DNA of 64,000 nt from a bacterium (GCA_963669175.1 OY769902.1:3168001-3232000), one strand, 5' to 3'. Shown: positions 28,281 through 39,134, numbered from the stretch's first letter. Numbers and translations: made by a program. Notes: generated from the sequence alone by a model not told the origin.

Positions 28281-29448
28281 GCCAAAACGCGCATTCTTGA
28301 TTGTCCTTGACGGCGTCGGGGTAGGTCGTGCTCCCGACGCCGATTTGTATGGGGATCAGGGCAGCGACACACTGGGCAACCTTGCCCGGTGGGCCGGTGG
28401 GCTGACTCTGCCGAATTTACAGCGTTTGGGACTTGGGAATCTGCATGATATCCCCGGTGTAAGCGCTGTGGATAATCCTTCCGCCTGCTACGGCAGGATG
28501 GAGGAACGTAGCGCGGGGAAAGATTCCATCGATGGCCACTGGGAAATGTGCGGGGTTATCACCGAAGTGGCGTTCCCGACTTTCCCGAATGCGTTCCCCC
28601 AGGAAGTTGTTGACCTGGTTGAAGAAGTCGCCGGCAAGCCGGTCCTTGGTAACGAGGTGGCATCGGGTACGGAAATCATGGCGCGTCTCGGGGAAGAACA
28701 CCTGAAGACGGGCCGTTTGATTCTCTATACCTCCGCTGATTCCGTGCTGCAACTGCTGGCCAGTGAAGATGTGGTGCCGCTTGAAGAGCAGTACCGGATC
28801 TGCCAGGAGATTCATAACCGCCTGGAGCCGCCATACCGAGTCGCTCGTGTGATCGCACGTCCTTTTGTCGGGCAGCCCGGCAACTTCCAGCGTACCGCCA
28901 ACCGTAAAGACTTCGCCGTAGAACCGCATGGTGTGACCATCGCTGATGCTCTGACAGAAGCCGGTATTCCGGTTCATGGCATTGGTAAAGTGGATACACT
29001 GTTTGCCGGACGCGGTTTCACCACAGCTACTCACACGAAAAACAACGCGGATGGTATCAACCGCATTCGTGAGCAACTGGCACAGCTTGATTCAGGCTTT
29101 GTCTTTGCCAACCTGCTGGATTTCGACCAGGCGTGGGGGCACCGGAATGATTGCCCCGGTTTCAAGGGTGGGCTTGAAGAGCTGGATCGTACTGTCCCGA
29201 CCTGGCTTGAGCAGGTGAAGCAGGGTGATTTGATCATGATGGTTGCGGATCACGGCAACGACCCGACGACTCCCAGCACAGATCATTCTCGTGAGCATGT
29301 GCCGCTCTTGGCCTGGCTTGGCGGAAACAGCGAAGGGGTGGATCTTGGTCTGCGTAATACCTTTGCGGATGTTGCTGCAACACTGGCAGACTACTTTGAC
29401 CTGAACTGGTCCGGCCCCGGACAGAGTTTCCTTTCTCAGCTTGGATAG
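28273..29448 (+). CDS. deoB: Phosphopentomutase
   Basis: IVLDGVGVG, GKD..GHWE, YTSADS, GHRND, ADHGNDP, DHSREHVP. Confidence 0.95.
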   Translation: MARPKRAFLIVLDGVGVGRAPDADLYGDQGSDTLGNLARWAGGLTLPNLQRLGLGNLHDIPGVSAVDNPSACYGRMEERSAGKDSIDGHWEMCGVITEVAFPTFPNAFPQEVVDLVEEVAGKPVLGNEVASGTEIMARLGEEHLKTGRLILYTSADSVLQLLASEDVVPLEEQYRICQEIHNRLEPPYRVARVIARPFVGQPGNFQRTANRKDFAVEPHGVTIADALTEAGIPVHGIGKVDTLFAGRGFTTATHTKNNADGINRIREQLAQLDSGFVFANLLDFDQAWGHRNDCPGFKGGLEELDRTVPTWLEQVKQGDLIMMVADHGNDPTTPSTDHSREHVPLLAWLGGNSEGVDLGLRNTFADVAATLADYFDLNWSGPGQSFLSQLG

Positions 29449-29484
29449 AAAGAATCCACGTTCACCAACCTGAAGAACAATCCC

Positions 29485-30075
29485 ATGGAAAAGCATCTTT
29501 TACTTGCTACGAGGAACGAAGATAAACGTCATGAATTATCTCGCGCCCTGGGTGAAGGTGTTCAGCTTCATCATCCCGGCGAATTCAGTGACGAAGAAGT
29601 AGAAGAAACGGAAGATTCCCTTTGGGGAAATGCGCTTCTTAAAGCACGCGATGGGTACAAGAGAAGCGGCTTGCCATCCCTTGCTGATGATACCGGTCTT
29701 GAGGTGGATGCCCTGGGTGGAGCGCCTGGAGTATACTCGTCTCGATATGCCGGTGAAGAAGCAACTTATGAGGACAATGTTAATAAATTACTTGAAGAGA
29801 TGAATGGGGTTTCGGATGACAAACGAGCCGCGCGTTTCCGCACTGTAATGGCCTATATCGACGAGAGCGGTGAGTACCGTTTTGACGGCGTCGTAGAGGG
29901 GATAATCCTCTCGGAAAAACGTGGACAGGGCGGCTTCGGCTACGACCCGGTTTTCCTGCCCGATGGGTTTGATATTACGCTGGCAGAAATGGAAACAGAC
30001 GCCAAGAACCAGATCAGTCACCGTGGCAGGGCGTTCAGAAGTTTCGTGCAGTGGTGGAAGGAACGTCAGGCGTAA
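29485..30075 (+). CDS. rdgB: dITP/XTP pyrophosphatase
   Basis: LATRN, ADDTGL, PGVYSSR, GFGYDP, KNQISHRG. Confidence 0.95.
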   Translation: MEKHLLLATRNEDKRHELSRALGEGVQLHHPGEFSDEEVEETEDSLWGNALLKARDGYKRSGLPSLADDTGLEVDALGGAPGVYSSRYAGEEATYEDNVNKLLEEMNGVSDDKRAARFRTVMAYIDESGEYRFDGVVEGIILSEKRGQGGFGYDPVFLPDGFDITLAEMETDAKNQISHRGRAFRSFVQWWKERQA

Positions 30076-30187
30076 ACATGGCGTGAAGGATTTTATCCTT
30101 CTCCTGTCATATTATCGCTGAGTTGAATAGTTTAAGATCGCAAACATGTTCAGCGAGGAAGTTCGGAACATAGTGAGGGATAGCAAC

Positions 30188-31351
30188 GTGAGTCAGAAGC
30201 TGATATACATGGATCATAGCGCGACCACACCGGTGGATGAGCGTGTCGCGAAAAAGGTGTACGACGCCATGCTTGAAGGATGGGGGAATCCGTCTAGCAG
30301 ATACGCAAAAGGGCAGGCGGCAAAGGAAGCGCGCGAAGAAGCTCGCACACATGTAGCCAAGCTGCTCCATGCTCCTGCCGAGTGTGTGTTCTTCACTTCT
30401 GGCGGTACGGAGGCCGACAACCTGGCCCTGATCGGTGTGATGCAGCAGGCGAAAAAGGACGGGCGCGGCAACCACCTGATCACCTCCTCGTTCGAACATA
30501 GCGCGATCCTGAAAGCTGCGGCATACCTGGAAGAGGAAGGATTCGAGGTTACGTATCTGCCGATATCAGCGGACGGTTTCGTCGAGCCTGATGAGTTGAA
30601 AAAGGCGATGCGGAAGGACACAGTCCTGGTCAGCGTCATGCATATCAATAATGAGATCGGTACTATCCAGCCAATTAAAGAGCTGGCGGCGGTTGCGCAT
30701 GAAAATGGCGCCTGGTTCCACACGGACGCTGTGCAGTCGTTTGGCAAGGAAGCAATTTATGTGAAGGAAATGGGACTTGACCTGGTCTCCGTTTCCAGCC
30801 ATAAGATATACGGCCCCAAAGGAGTGGGAGCGTTGTATTACAGTGAAGCTGTGAAGTTGCAACCCCGTGCACTTGGCGGTGGGCAGGAGAAGGGGATCCG
30901 GACCGGGACAGAAAACATGCCGGGAATCATTGGCTTCGGCGAAGCGGTACGCCTTTGCAGCGAACTGATTGCTACAGAACAAGTTGAAATTGCAAAACTT
31001 CGTGACAGACTCTGGGATAAGCTGCAAGATATTCTTGGAGATGGCGTCAGGCTGAATGGCAACCTTGAACATCGTCTTGGCGCGAATCTAAATGTTTCCT
31101 TCCCGGAAGTGGAAGGGGAATCACTGTTGTTGTCGTTGGATATGGATGGCATCGCTGTTTCGACCGGTTCTGCTTGCAGCTCAGGATCGACCAAGCCATC
31201 GCATGTATTGACTGCAATCAATCTTGACGCGCAGACCGCCCAGTCATCTCTCAGGTTGACCCTCGGCCGGTCAACCACAGAGGAAGATGTCGATTTTGTC
31301 GCAGAAAGGCTGGCGATGCATGTCAAGCGTTTCAGGGATATGGCGTTCTAA
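30188..31351 (+). CDS. iscS: Cysteine desulfurase
   Basis: YMDHSATT, TSGGTEA, HTDAVQ, SSHKIYGPKG, GSACSS. Confidence 0.93.
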   Translation: MSQKLIYMDHSATTPVDERVAKKVYDAMLEGWGNPSSRYAKGQAAKEAREEARTHVAKLLHAPAECVFFTSGGTEADNLALIGVMQQAKKDGRGNHLITSSFEHSAILKAAAYLEEEGFEVTYLPISADGFVEPDELKKAMRKDTVLVSVMHINNEIGTIQPIKELAAVAHENGAWFHTDAVQSFGKEAIYVKEMGLDLVSVSSHKIYGPKGVGALYYSEAVKLQPRALGGGQEKGIRTGTENMPGIIGFGEAVRLCSELIATEQVEIAKLRDRLWDKLQDILGDGVRLNGNLEHRLGANLNVSFPEVEGESLLLSLDMDGIAVSTGSACSSGSTKPSHVLTAINLDAQTAQSSLRLTLGRSTTEEDVDFVAERLAMHVKRFRDMAF

Positions 31352-32485
31352 ATGACGGATTACACCTGGGACAGGAAGCGCAAAGGTGTAAAAGTTGCGG
31401 TGCTGATGAGTGGCGGTGTGGACAGTTCTGTTGCCGCATCTCTGCTTCATCAAATGGGGTATAACCTGTTGGGAATTACCCTGCGGCTCTTTGATGAAAC
31501 CCTGGTTCCACCGGCAAAAGCGGCAAGCGCTGAGCAATCGATCAGAGATGCAAAAAGCGTTAGTGAAGGATTCGGTTTTCCGCATCAGGTGCTGGATTTA
31601 CGACAGCAATTCAGAGACTTGGTAGTTGAACCATACCAGGATACTTACCTGGCTGGGGCAACACCAAATCCTTGCGTTCATTGTAACCCCACAATCAAGT
31701 GGGGCATGATTCTGAACCGTGGTCTTGGTGTCAGTGTGGACCGGATTGCGACGGGACATTATGCTCGTATTATCCTGGGGAAAGGTGGTCCACGCCTGGA
31801 GAAGGCGAAGGATCTTTCCAAAGATCAAAGTTATGTCCTGTGGGGATTGAATCGTTCATGGCTGATGCGGACCTTGTTGCCGTTGGGAAAGTGGACGAAA
31901 GCTGAAATACGTAACGAGGCTTCCCGTTTGGGATTGGACGTGGCGGACAAGCCGGAGAGCCAAGAGGCTTGTTTTATCGACGGGCATTACGTATCTCACC
32001 TGCTTGAAATGAGAAAGACCGAGCTGGCGAGAATCGGTGAAGGCCCGATTGTCGATAAAGCAGGGAAGCAGGTCGGTATGCATCAAGGATACTATCGCTA
32101 TACCATCGGGCAGCGTCGTGGATTGAATATCAGCGACGGACACGGTCCTTATTTTGTGATCGATGTGAAGCCAGAATCGAATACGGTTGTAATAGGAGCC
32201 AATGCGGATTTAGAGCATGGTGGCTGTTTAGTTCAGCAAGTGAACTGGCTATCTTTTAGACCACCGGTAGAACCAATGACCTGTACTGTAAAGATTCGTT
32301 ATAACGATACTGGTGGTCCGGCTATTGTGAACCCGCCGGATAGTAACGGCAACATTACGATCAGGTTCATTCAACCAAGAAGAGCAGTAACGCCCGGGCA
32401 ATCTGCGGTCTGGTATCGTGGGAAGACACTTTGGGGCGGTGGAAACATAGAACGTGCACTAGAAGTAGGTGAGGCGAGACCATGA
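31352..32485 (+). CDS. mnmA: tRNA 2-thiouridylase
   Basis: SGGVDS, PNPCVHCN, ATGHY, KDQSY, TIGQRRG, TPGQ. Confidence 0.95.
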   Translation: MTDYTWDRKRKGVKVAVLMSGGVDSSVAASLLHQMGYNLLGITLRLFDETLVPPAKAASAEQSIRDAKSVSEGFGFPHQVLDLRQQFRDLVVEPYQDTYLAGATPNPCVHCNPTIKWGMILNRGLGVSVDRIATGHYARIILGKGGPRLEKAKDLSKDQSYVLWGLNRSWLMRTLLPLGKWTKAEIRNEASRLGLDVADKPESQEACFIDGHYVSHLLEMRKTELARIGEGPIVDKAGKQVGMHQGYYRYTIGQRRGLNISDGHGPYFVIDVKPESNTVVIGANADLEHGGCLVQQVNWLSFRPPVEPMTCTVKIRYNDTGGPAIVNPPDSNGNITIRFIQPRRAVTPGQSAVWYRGKTLWGGGNIERALEVGEARP

Positions 32486-33330
32486 CTGATACGGCCTCGA
32501 AAAGCGGTAGTAACGAACAGAAACGTCGCAAAGTAACAGTCCCCTGGCTGATTCGGATGAAACAGAAGGGATTGAAGATTGCGGCTTTGACAGCATACGA
32601 CTTTACCATGGCAGCCATCGAGGACAGCGCTGGGCTGGATATTATCCTCGTTGGCGATTCTGCAGGGATGGTTATCTCCGGTGCGCCGGACACGCTGGCA
32701 GTGACGCTGGATGAAATGATCTTCATGACCCGCAATGTTCGTCGCGGTGTCAAGACTGCTTTGCTGGTTACGGATATGCCCTTTGGCTCTTTCCAGATTT
32801 CGAAGGAAAAAACCGTTGAAGCAGCCATTCGCCTGATGAAAGAAGGCGGGGCGGAAGCGGTGAAGTTGGAAGGCGGAAAGCAGAACCTGGAGGCTATCAG
32901 GCATTTGACCTCGATTGGTATCCCGGTGATGGGGCATTTGGGATTAACCCCACAGTCCGTACATGCTTTCGGCGGTTTTAAGCTGCAAGGCGCTACGGAC
33001 AAGTCAGCGGAGCGGATAAAGGAAGATGCCATCGCCTTGCAGGAGGCAGGAGTTTTTTCCATCGTACTGGAAAAGATTCCGCTGGATCTTGCGAGGGAAG
33101 TGACGGCAAGTGTCGATATCCCAACCATCGGTATTGCTTCCGGTCCGTATTGTGATGGTCAGATCCTGGTAGCGTATGATATGCTGGGACTGGAATCGCA
33201 GTACATGAACTTGCGGTTTGTCCGACGTTACATGGAAGGTGCGGACCTGATTCGAAATGCTGTGGGCCGGTATATCAGCGACATCAAGAATGGCGAATTC
33301 CCAAGGGAAGACGAGAGCTGGCATTCATGA
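32482..33330 (+). CDS. panB: 3-methyl-2-oxobutanoate hydroxymethyltransferase
   Basis: TAYD, LVGDS, DMPFGS, VKLEGG, GHLGLTPQS. Confidence 0.96.
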   Translation: MTDTASKSGSNEQKRRKVTVPWLIRMKQKGLKIAALTAYDFTMAAIEDSAGLDIILVGDSAGMVISGAPDTLAVTLDEMIFMTRNVRRGVKTALLVTDMPFGSFQISKEKTVEAAIRLMKEGGAEAVKLEGGKQNLEAIRHLTSIGIPVMGHLGLTPQSVHAFGGFKLQGATDKSAERIKEDAIALQEAGVFSIVLEKIPLDLAREVTASVDIPTIGIASGPYCDGQILVAYDMLGLESQYMNLRFVRRYMEGADLIRNAVGRYISDIKNGEFPREDESWHS

Positions 33331-34172
33331 TTGTCCTGACCTCTTTCCGTCAAATGCAGGAATGGTCACGCCAGCAACATATGGCTGGTAAGACCGTTGC
33401 CTTCGTGCCTACGATGGGGTATCTGCATCAAGGGCATCTGAGCCTTGTTGACCTGGCGAAAGAGCGTGCTGATCATGTCGTGGTCAGCATTTTCGTGAAT
33501 CCTACCCAGTTTGGTCCCGGAGAAGACTACGACACCTATCCCCGTGACGAAGAGGCGGATCTTCAGAAGTGCGAAGAGCATGACGTGTCCGTTGTGTTCC
33601 TGCCTTCAGTGGAGGAGATGTATCCCGCTGGTTACAAGACCTATATCACGGTTGAGGATCTTGGTAAATATCTCTGTGGGGCGAGCCGTCCCAACCACTT
33701 TCGTGGTGTGACAACGATTGTGGCCAAGCTGTTCAATGTTGTTCTTCCTGATGTTGCCATCTTCGGCCAGAAAGATGCTCAACAGGCTCGTATCATTGAA
33801 CAGTTGACTGCTGATCTTCAATTCCCGATTGAGATTGTGCGAGGTCCGATTGTTCGTGAGACGGATGGGCTGGCCATGAGCAGCCGCAATGTCCGTCTGA
33901 AACCGGAGCACCGCAAACAGGCTCCAACGCTTCATCGTAGCTTGACAATCGCGCAGGATCTTTTCAAAGATGGTGTCAGGAATAGCGGCAAGCTTGCAGG
34001 TGCAGTACGAAACAAGTTAAACGAACAAGCGCCTGATGGTGTCATAGATTATATCGAAGTTGCGGACTGGAAAACACTGGAGCCTGTCGATTCGCTGACC
34101 GGACCTGCTTTGCTTGCGATAGCTGTTAAGTTTGGAAACGTGCGTTTGATAGACAATACTTTATTGGGATAG
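33327..34172 (+). CDS. panC: Pantoate-beta-alanine ligase
   Basis: PTMGYLHQGH, FVNPTQF, FGQKD, AMSSRN, RLIDN. Confidence 0.96.
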   Translation: MIVLTSFRQMQEWSRQQHMAGKTVAFVPTMGYLHQGHLSLVDLAKERADHVVVSIFVNPTQFGPGEDYDTYPRDEEADLQKCEEHDVSVVFLPSVEEMYPAGYKTYITVEDLGKYLCGASRPNHFRGVTTIVAKLFNVVLPDVAIFGQKDAQQARIIEQLTADLQFPIEIVRGPIVRETDGLAMSSRNVRLKPEHRKQAPTLHRSLTIAQDLFKDGVRNSGKLAGAVRNKLNEQAPDGVIDYIEVADWKTLEPVDSLTGPALLAIAVKFGNVRLIDNTLLG

Positions 34173-34927
34173 TGATGAACGATGGTAAACGTGTGGCCGC
34201 TGTCATCCTGGCAGCGGGACAAGGTAAACGGATGAAATCTGACTTGCCCAAAGTGATGCACGAGGTGGGGGGCAAGCCCATGATAGAACTGGTTATCGGG
34301 CAGGCAAAAGGAATTAACGCCGATCCGATTATTGCGGTTGTGGGACATGGTCGCGAACATGTCATTCCTGTAGTGGAACGTACCCATACACATTACGTTG
34401 TTCAGGAACAGCAGCTTGGAACCGGCCATGCGGTGCGGATGGCGGAAGAAACCCTGAAGGATTTCGATGGGGACGTGCTGGTGTTGTCCGGTGATGTTCC
34501 TCTGCTGACGGCTGAAACTTTAAGCAAAGTGTTGGCGTATCATCAACAGAAAAAAGCGACCGCTACTGTAATCACGGCAATCGCTTCCGATCCGACCGGT
34601 TACGGCAGGGTGCTCAGGGGCGATGATGATAACGTCGTCGCGATTCGTGAGCACAAAGATTGCACTGACGCCGAACGTGAGATCGATGAGATCAATTCCG
34701 GTATATATCTCTTTACGAAACAGGACCTCTTCGAAGCCTTGCGTGAAGTGAATAACAACAACGCTCAGGGGGAGTATTATCTTCCTGATGTATTTGCCCG
34801 CTATTTCGCTGAAGGCAAACCGGTTGCGGCGATTGCAGCGGACTTCAACGAAATCCATGGCATCAATAACCGTGATGACCTGGAAGAAGCGCGTCGTATT
34901 TACGAGGAAAACGCTGTCGGGACTTGA
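34172..34927 (+). CDS. GlmU-like NTP transferase (uridyltransferase domain only)
   Basis: LAAGQGKRMKSDLPK, QLGTGHA, GDVP, GYGR, EYYL; 251 aa with no hexapeptide domain. Confidence 0.88.
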   Translation: MMNDGKRVAAVILAAGQGKRMKSDLPKVMHEVGGKPMIELVIGQAKGINADPIIAVVGHGREHVIPVVERTHTHYVVQEQQLGTGHAVRMAEETLKDFDGDVLVLSGDVPLLTAETLSKVLAYHQQKKATATVITAIASDPTGYGRVLRGDDDNVVAIREHKDCTDAEREIDEINSGIYLFTKQDLFEALREVNNNNAQGEYYLPDVFARYFAEGKPVAAIAADFNEIHGINNRDDLEEARRIYEENAVGT

Positions 34928-34970
34928 TTTACAGCGGCACTCGGGACTATTTTCCCAACAGGAGGCGCCG

Positions 34971-35525
34971 ATGATTCAAAAGCATCTTATTCACATAGTG
35001 ATTTGTTTGATTCTGTTGGTTTCGAGCACAGCGCTAGGACAGTCGCCTTATCGCGAGACTGTGAAAGAAACCACACGCGATCATCTTGTCCAACCGATTC
35101 TCCAGACGGAGAAATCTGTCGGGCTGTTGGATGCTTCTCGTGTTTCAATGAATCACCAGGTTGGAATGGGCTACATGAGTTCCGGTGGTCATGGCTATAC
35201 CCAGGGGTATTACCTGAACACCATCGGGTATCGTTTTACTGCCCCGGTAACACTTAAACTTCGCATGGGTGTCGCGAATAACCCCTATGCTCAGACTTCA
35301 GGCACCGGTTATGGGCAGAGTGCATTGGGCGGCATGCTCAACAATGCGGAGTTCTTTGGCGGGGCTGATCTTGACTGGCGTCCAGCAGATAATGTTTTGT
35401 TTCGAATTTCTGTTGACAAGCTGGCGCCGGGTATGTATCGTTCCGGCCATTACGGGAACCTGTTCATGGGCGGATGGAATGGTTTCCCATATGATGGTTA
35501 TTCACCTTTTTACCCGGGACCTTGA
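34971..35525 (+). CDS. Hypothetical exported protein
   Basis: AGGAGG RBS; signal peptide; beta-strand-rich. Confidence 0.7.
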   Translation: MIQKHLIHIVICLILLVSSTALGQSPYRETVKETTRDHLVQPILQTEKSVGLLDASRVSMNHQVGMGYMSSGGHGYTQGYYLNTIGYRFTAPVTLKLRMGVANNPYAQTSGTGYGQSALGGMLNNAEFFGGADLDWRPADNVLFRISVDKLAPGMYRSGHYGNLFMGGWNGFPYDGYSPFYPGP

Positions 35526-35623
35526 ACCCTGCCGGTTCTTAGAAGGTTAACGACAACGGTCCCCGTGCTTCCAGCGTAATGGTTGGCACGGGGTTTTGAC
35601 ATCTACACCCAACCAAATTTGGA

Positions 35624-36220
35624 GTGAAGATGGTACGCATTCCCCCCAGGGAGACAGCAAAAAGGTCAGCATCATCGCTGGAGAATAAGATCACCTTGTT
35701 GATCGGTTTGTCTGGTGTGCAGGTGCTCATCCTTGTTATAATCCTGCTGATTCAGATAATCGGCGGAGGCGGCAATGGAAAATCTGCCGCGAAAGCGAAG
35801 AATGTAGCTGACGGGAAAAAGGTTGAAGCTGTGGAAGATGGAGCCGGAGCGGATCTCCAGGATACAGCGCCGGTGGTACAGGAAGCTGAAGTCGGCCCCA
35901 TGCCGCCATTGGTTGATAACGAACGTCCCGTGCGGCTTGAAGTTCTGAACAGCACAAGTGTTGGCGGTTTGGCCAAACATTTCAAGGAAACACTGATCGG
36001 GATGGAATACGACGTGCGAGGTACAGGAAACGCAGGTCGTCGATATGACCAGTCAGTCATCCTGTACGCTCAGGATATGCGGGACCACGCGCTTCGTCTC
36101 GCGCTGTCACTCGGGATGTCGCAGGATCAATTGCGAGTTGGTAGTGGCAGCCAGTCTGTTGATGTGGACCTGACCCTGATCCTGGGACAGGATTACCAAA
36201 GTTTAAATTACGCACCCTGA
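35624..36220 (+). CDS. LytR C-terminal domain membrane protein
   Basis: TM helix; LEVLNST..GLA, GNA, LILGQDY. Confidence 0.85.
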   Translation: MKMVRIPPRETAKRSASSLENKITLLIGLSGVQVLILVIILLIQIIGGGGNGKSAAKAKNVADGKKVEAVEDGAGADLQDTAPVVQEAEVGPMPPLVDNERPVRLEVLNSTSVGGLAKHFKETLIGMEYDVRGTGNAGRRYDQSVILYAQDMRDHALRLALSLGMSQDQLRVGSGSQSVDVDLTLILGQDYQSLNYAP

Positions 36221-36594
36221 TGGAGCCTATGACCATTTCCTCAAAAGAGTTGACTGAGAAGATTGCAAACTGCATGCTTGAGAAACAGGGCGAAGACATT
36301 GTCGCCCTGAATCTTGAGGGCCTGTCTTCTATCTGTGATGCTTTTGTGATTTGTACCGGTACGGTAGATGTCCATGTCAAGGCGATTGTGGACCATATCA
36401 TGAAAACCCTGGATGATGAATCCAGGATCCGTGCAAAGCATGTTGAAGGATACACCGGCTTAAACTGGGTTCTGATTGACTATGCGGATGTCATTATCCA
36501 TGTTTTTCAGCCCCAGTCACGGGAGTTCTACCGGTTGGAACGCCTCTGGGGTGATGCTGAACGTACCGTTTTCAACGACCCTTTAACGATTTAG
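36220..36594 (+). CDS. rsfS: Ribosome silencing factor
   Basis: DAFVICT, WVLIDYADVIIHVF, FYRLERLWGD. Confidence 0.95.
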   Translation: MEPMTISSKELTEKIANCMLEKQGEDIVALNLEGLSSICDAFVICTGTVDVHVKAIVDHIMKTLDDESRIRAKHVEGYTGLNWVLIDYADVIIHVFQPQSREFYRLERLWGDAERTVFNDPLTI

Positions 36595-36609
36595 TCACCA
36601 GCGAAAACC

Positions 36610-38214
36610 ATGAGTCTTGATTTCATACAGGAACGCATTGCGTCCAAACTGCGTGATGCCGCAGGTCTGGCCGATGACCATGTTGTCATGTGGCAGGTGC
36701 CGAAACATGAAGGCCAGGGAGATTTTGCCACCAACCTCGCCATGACACTGGCCAAACAACTGAAAAAAAACCCTCGCGCTATTGCTGAAGAATGGGTTAA
36801 TGCCGTTGACTGGCAGGAACTGGGCCTTGAAAAGGTGGAAGTTGCCGGGCCGGGATTCATCAATGTCTGGGTTGGCTCGAAACCTTACCACGACCTGGTG
36901 AGGAGCATTTTACAGTTGGGCGGTGAATACGGAATTTCTGACGCAGGTACGGGAAAGAAAGTCCTGGTAGAATTTGTCAGCGCAAACCCGACAGGGCCGT
37001 TAAATGTTGTCAGCGCTCGCGCTGCTTCTATCGGTGACAGCCTTGTCCGTGTGCTGAGGAAAGCAGGCTATGATGCCAGGTCAGAGTTTTATATCAACGA
37101 TGCAGGTCGGCAGATTCGTCGTCTTGGCGCTTCGGTCATAGCGATTGCCAATGGCCAGGAACCGCCGGAAGACGGGTATCATGGTGACGACGTTGCTGTG
37201 CTGGCCGGGAAGCTTTTCCCGGAAGGCGCTCCGGAAGATATAGAACCGGAAGATGCGGGCAAGCGTGCGGCAGAACTGAATGTTGCCAAGCAAAAGGCGA
37301 TGCTTCAGCGTTTTAATGTGGATTTCGACCGCTGGTTCCGTGAGAGTGAGCTTCATGCGGAAAACGCTCCCATGCAGGTTTTGGAGCAGTTGAAAGAACA
37401 TGATGCCATCTTCGAGAAAGATGGAGCGACCTGGTTCGCTGGAAGCAAATTCGGCGATGAGGACCGGGTGATTATTACCAGCGAAGGACGCCCTACTTAC
37501 CTGCTTCCTGATATTGCTTATCACCTGGACAAACTTCAGAAGCGGGATAACAACCTGGCGATAGACCTGCTTGGTCCGGATCATCTTGATTATATCGGCA
37601 GAATGAAAGCCGCGCTTCGAGTTTTCGGTTACGGTGATTCGTTTGAAGCCATTGTGGTTCAGCAGGTTCACCTGATTGAAGACGGGCAGAAGGTGAAGAT
37701 GTCCAAGCGTGCCGGGAAACTGATTACGCTGGAAGAACTGATCGACGAAGTCGGTGTGGATGTCGCGAGATATTTCTTCCTGCAGCGCAAGACCAGTTCA
37801 CCTCTGGAATTTGATCTCGATCTGGCAAAAGAACAGAGCGACCAGAACCCGGTATTTTATGTGCAGTACGCTCATACGCGGATTTGCGGGATTCTGCGCC
37901 AGGATGGTTGCCCTGAGGTCTCATCCGATACAGACCTGAGTCCGCTGAAAGAGCCGGAAGAGCTGGACCTGATCAAGCATCTTGAGCAATTTGGTTTGAC
38001 GATACAACGTGCTGCCCAGACGTACGAGCCGCAGAAGATGGTCGGCTATCTTCATGATCTGGCGACGACTTTCCATAAGTTCTACACGGCTTGTCGTGTG
38101 ATCAGTGATGATGTCGAGGTTTCTGCAGCGCGCGCCGCTCTGGTAAAAGCTGCACAGATTGTTTTGGCTGAGGGGCTGCGCCTGTTGGGGGTTACAGCAC
38201 CGGAACACATGTGA
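36610..38214 (+). CDS. argS: Arginine--tRNA ligase
   Basis: GPGFIN, EFVSANPTGP, KMSKRAG, YVQYAHTR. Confidence 0.96.
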   Translation: MSLDFIQERIASKLRDAAGLADDHVVMWQVPKHEGQGDFATNLAMTLAKQLKKNPRAIAEEWVNAVDWQELGLEKVEVAGPGFINVWVGSKPYHDLVRSILQLGGEYGISDAGTGKKVLVEFVSANPTGPLNVVSARAASIGDSLVRVLRKAGYDARSEFYINDAGRQIRRLGASVIAIANGQEPPEDGYHGDDVAVLAGKLFPEGAPEDIEPEDAGKRAAELNVAKQKAMLQRFNVDFDRWFRESELHAENAPMQVLEQLKEHDAIFEKDGATWFAGSKFGDEDRVIITSEGRPTYLLPDIAYHLDKLQKRDNNLAIDLLGPDHLDYIGRMKAALRVFGYGDSFEAIVVQQVHLIEDGQKVKMSKRAGKLITLEELIDEVGVDVARYFFLQRKTSSPLEFDLDLAKEQSDQNPVFYVQYAHTRICGILRQDGCPEVSSDTDLSPLKEPEELDLIKHLEQFGLTIQRAAQTYEPQKMVGYLHDLATTFHKFYTACRVISDDVEVSAARAALVKAAQIVLAEGLRLLGVTAPEHM

Positions 38215-38222
38215 GGCCAGTA

Positions 38223-39134
38223 ATGGCTAAGAAAGAAATCCTGGTTGTAGGTTCCGCCGCGTTGGATACGGTTGAAGCGCCGGCTGGTAAAGTAGATGAT
38301 ATCCTGGGTGGATCTTCGTTCTATTTTTCTACGGCAGCCAGTTTGCTGGCGCCGGTGAGAATTGTCGCGGTGACGGGGTCCGATTTCCCGAAAGAGAAAA
38401 TCGAGTTCCTGAAGAGTCGTGATGTGGATCTGGAAGGTCTGGAAACGGCTGAGGGTGAAACCTTCCGCTGGGGTGGACGCTATTACGAAGACCCCAACAA
38501 GCGGGATACCCTATTCACAAGGCTCGGTGTTTTTGAACAATTCCAACCTAAAATTCCGAACCATTTCAAATCAACTCCGCTTGTTTTCCTGGGCAATATT
38601 CACCCCGCTTTGCAATCACAGGTTCTGGACCAGATCGATAATCCGGAACTGGTGGTGATGGATACGATGAATTTCTGGATCAATGGCACCCCGGATGAGT
38701 TGCGTGAAGTGCTCAAGCGGGTTGATGTCATCATGATCAATGATGAAGAAGCTACCGACCTTACCGGTAAGACTGATTTACTGGCAGCCGTAGACCAGAT
38801 TTATACCTTCGGTCCGAAGAATATCGTGATCAAGAAGGGCCAGCACGGCGCCATGTTGTTCCGTGAAAACGGCGAAATGTTCAGCCTGCCTGCTTTTCCG
38901 GTTCGTAAGGTTGTCGATCCGACAGGCGCTGGTGACACATTTGCCGGTGGTTTCATGGGTTATCTTGCCAGTCATCCTCTTGAGGACAAGATGACCTGGC
39001 GGCACGCTGTTCTGATGGGATCAGTACTTGGTGGTTTTGTCGTGGAAGACTTCTCCATGGAAAAAACCAAAGTCCTGACTCAGCAGGATATTGACACGCG
39101 TATCGAGCAGTACAAAGAACTGGTGGCCTTTTGA
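38223..39134 (+). CDS. PfkB family sugar/nucleoside kinase
   Basis: LGGS, DTMN, NDEE, DPTGAGDTFAGG. Confidence 0.9.
   Translation: MAKKEILVVGSAALDTVEAPAGKVDDILGGSSFYFSTAASLLAPVRIVAVTGSDFPKEKIEFLKSRDVDLEGLETAEGETFRWGGRYYEDPNKRDTLFTRLGVFEQFQPKIPNHFKSTPLVFLGNIHPALQSQVLDQIDNPELVVMDTMNFWINGTPDELREVLKRVDVIMINDEEATDLTGKTDLLAAVDQIYTFGPKNIVIKKGQHGAMLFRENGEMFSLPAFPVRKVVDPTGAGDTFAGGFMGYLASHPLEDKMTWRHAVLMGSVLGGFVVEDFSMEKTKVLTQQDIDTRIEQYKELVAF

Noticed and set aside
35584-35599. TGGCACG upstream of the LytR-C gene as a sigma54 promoter
   Set aside because: The -12 position reads TTTGA rather than TTGC
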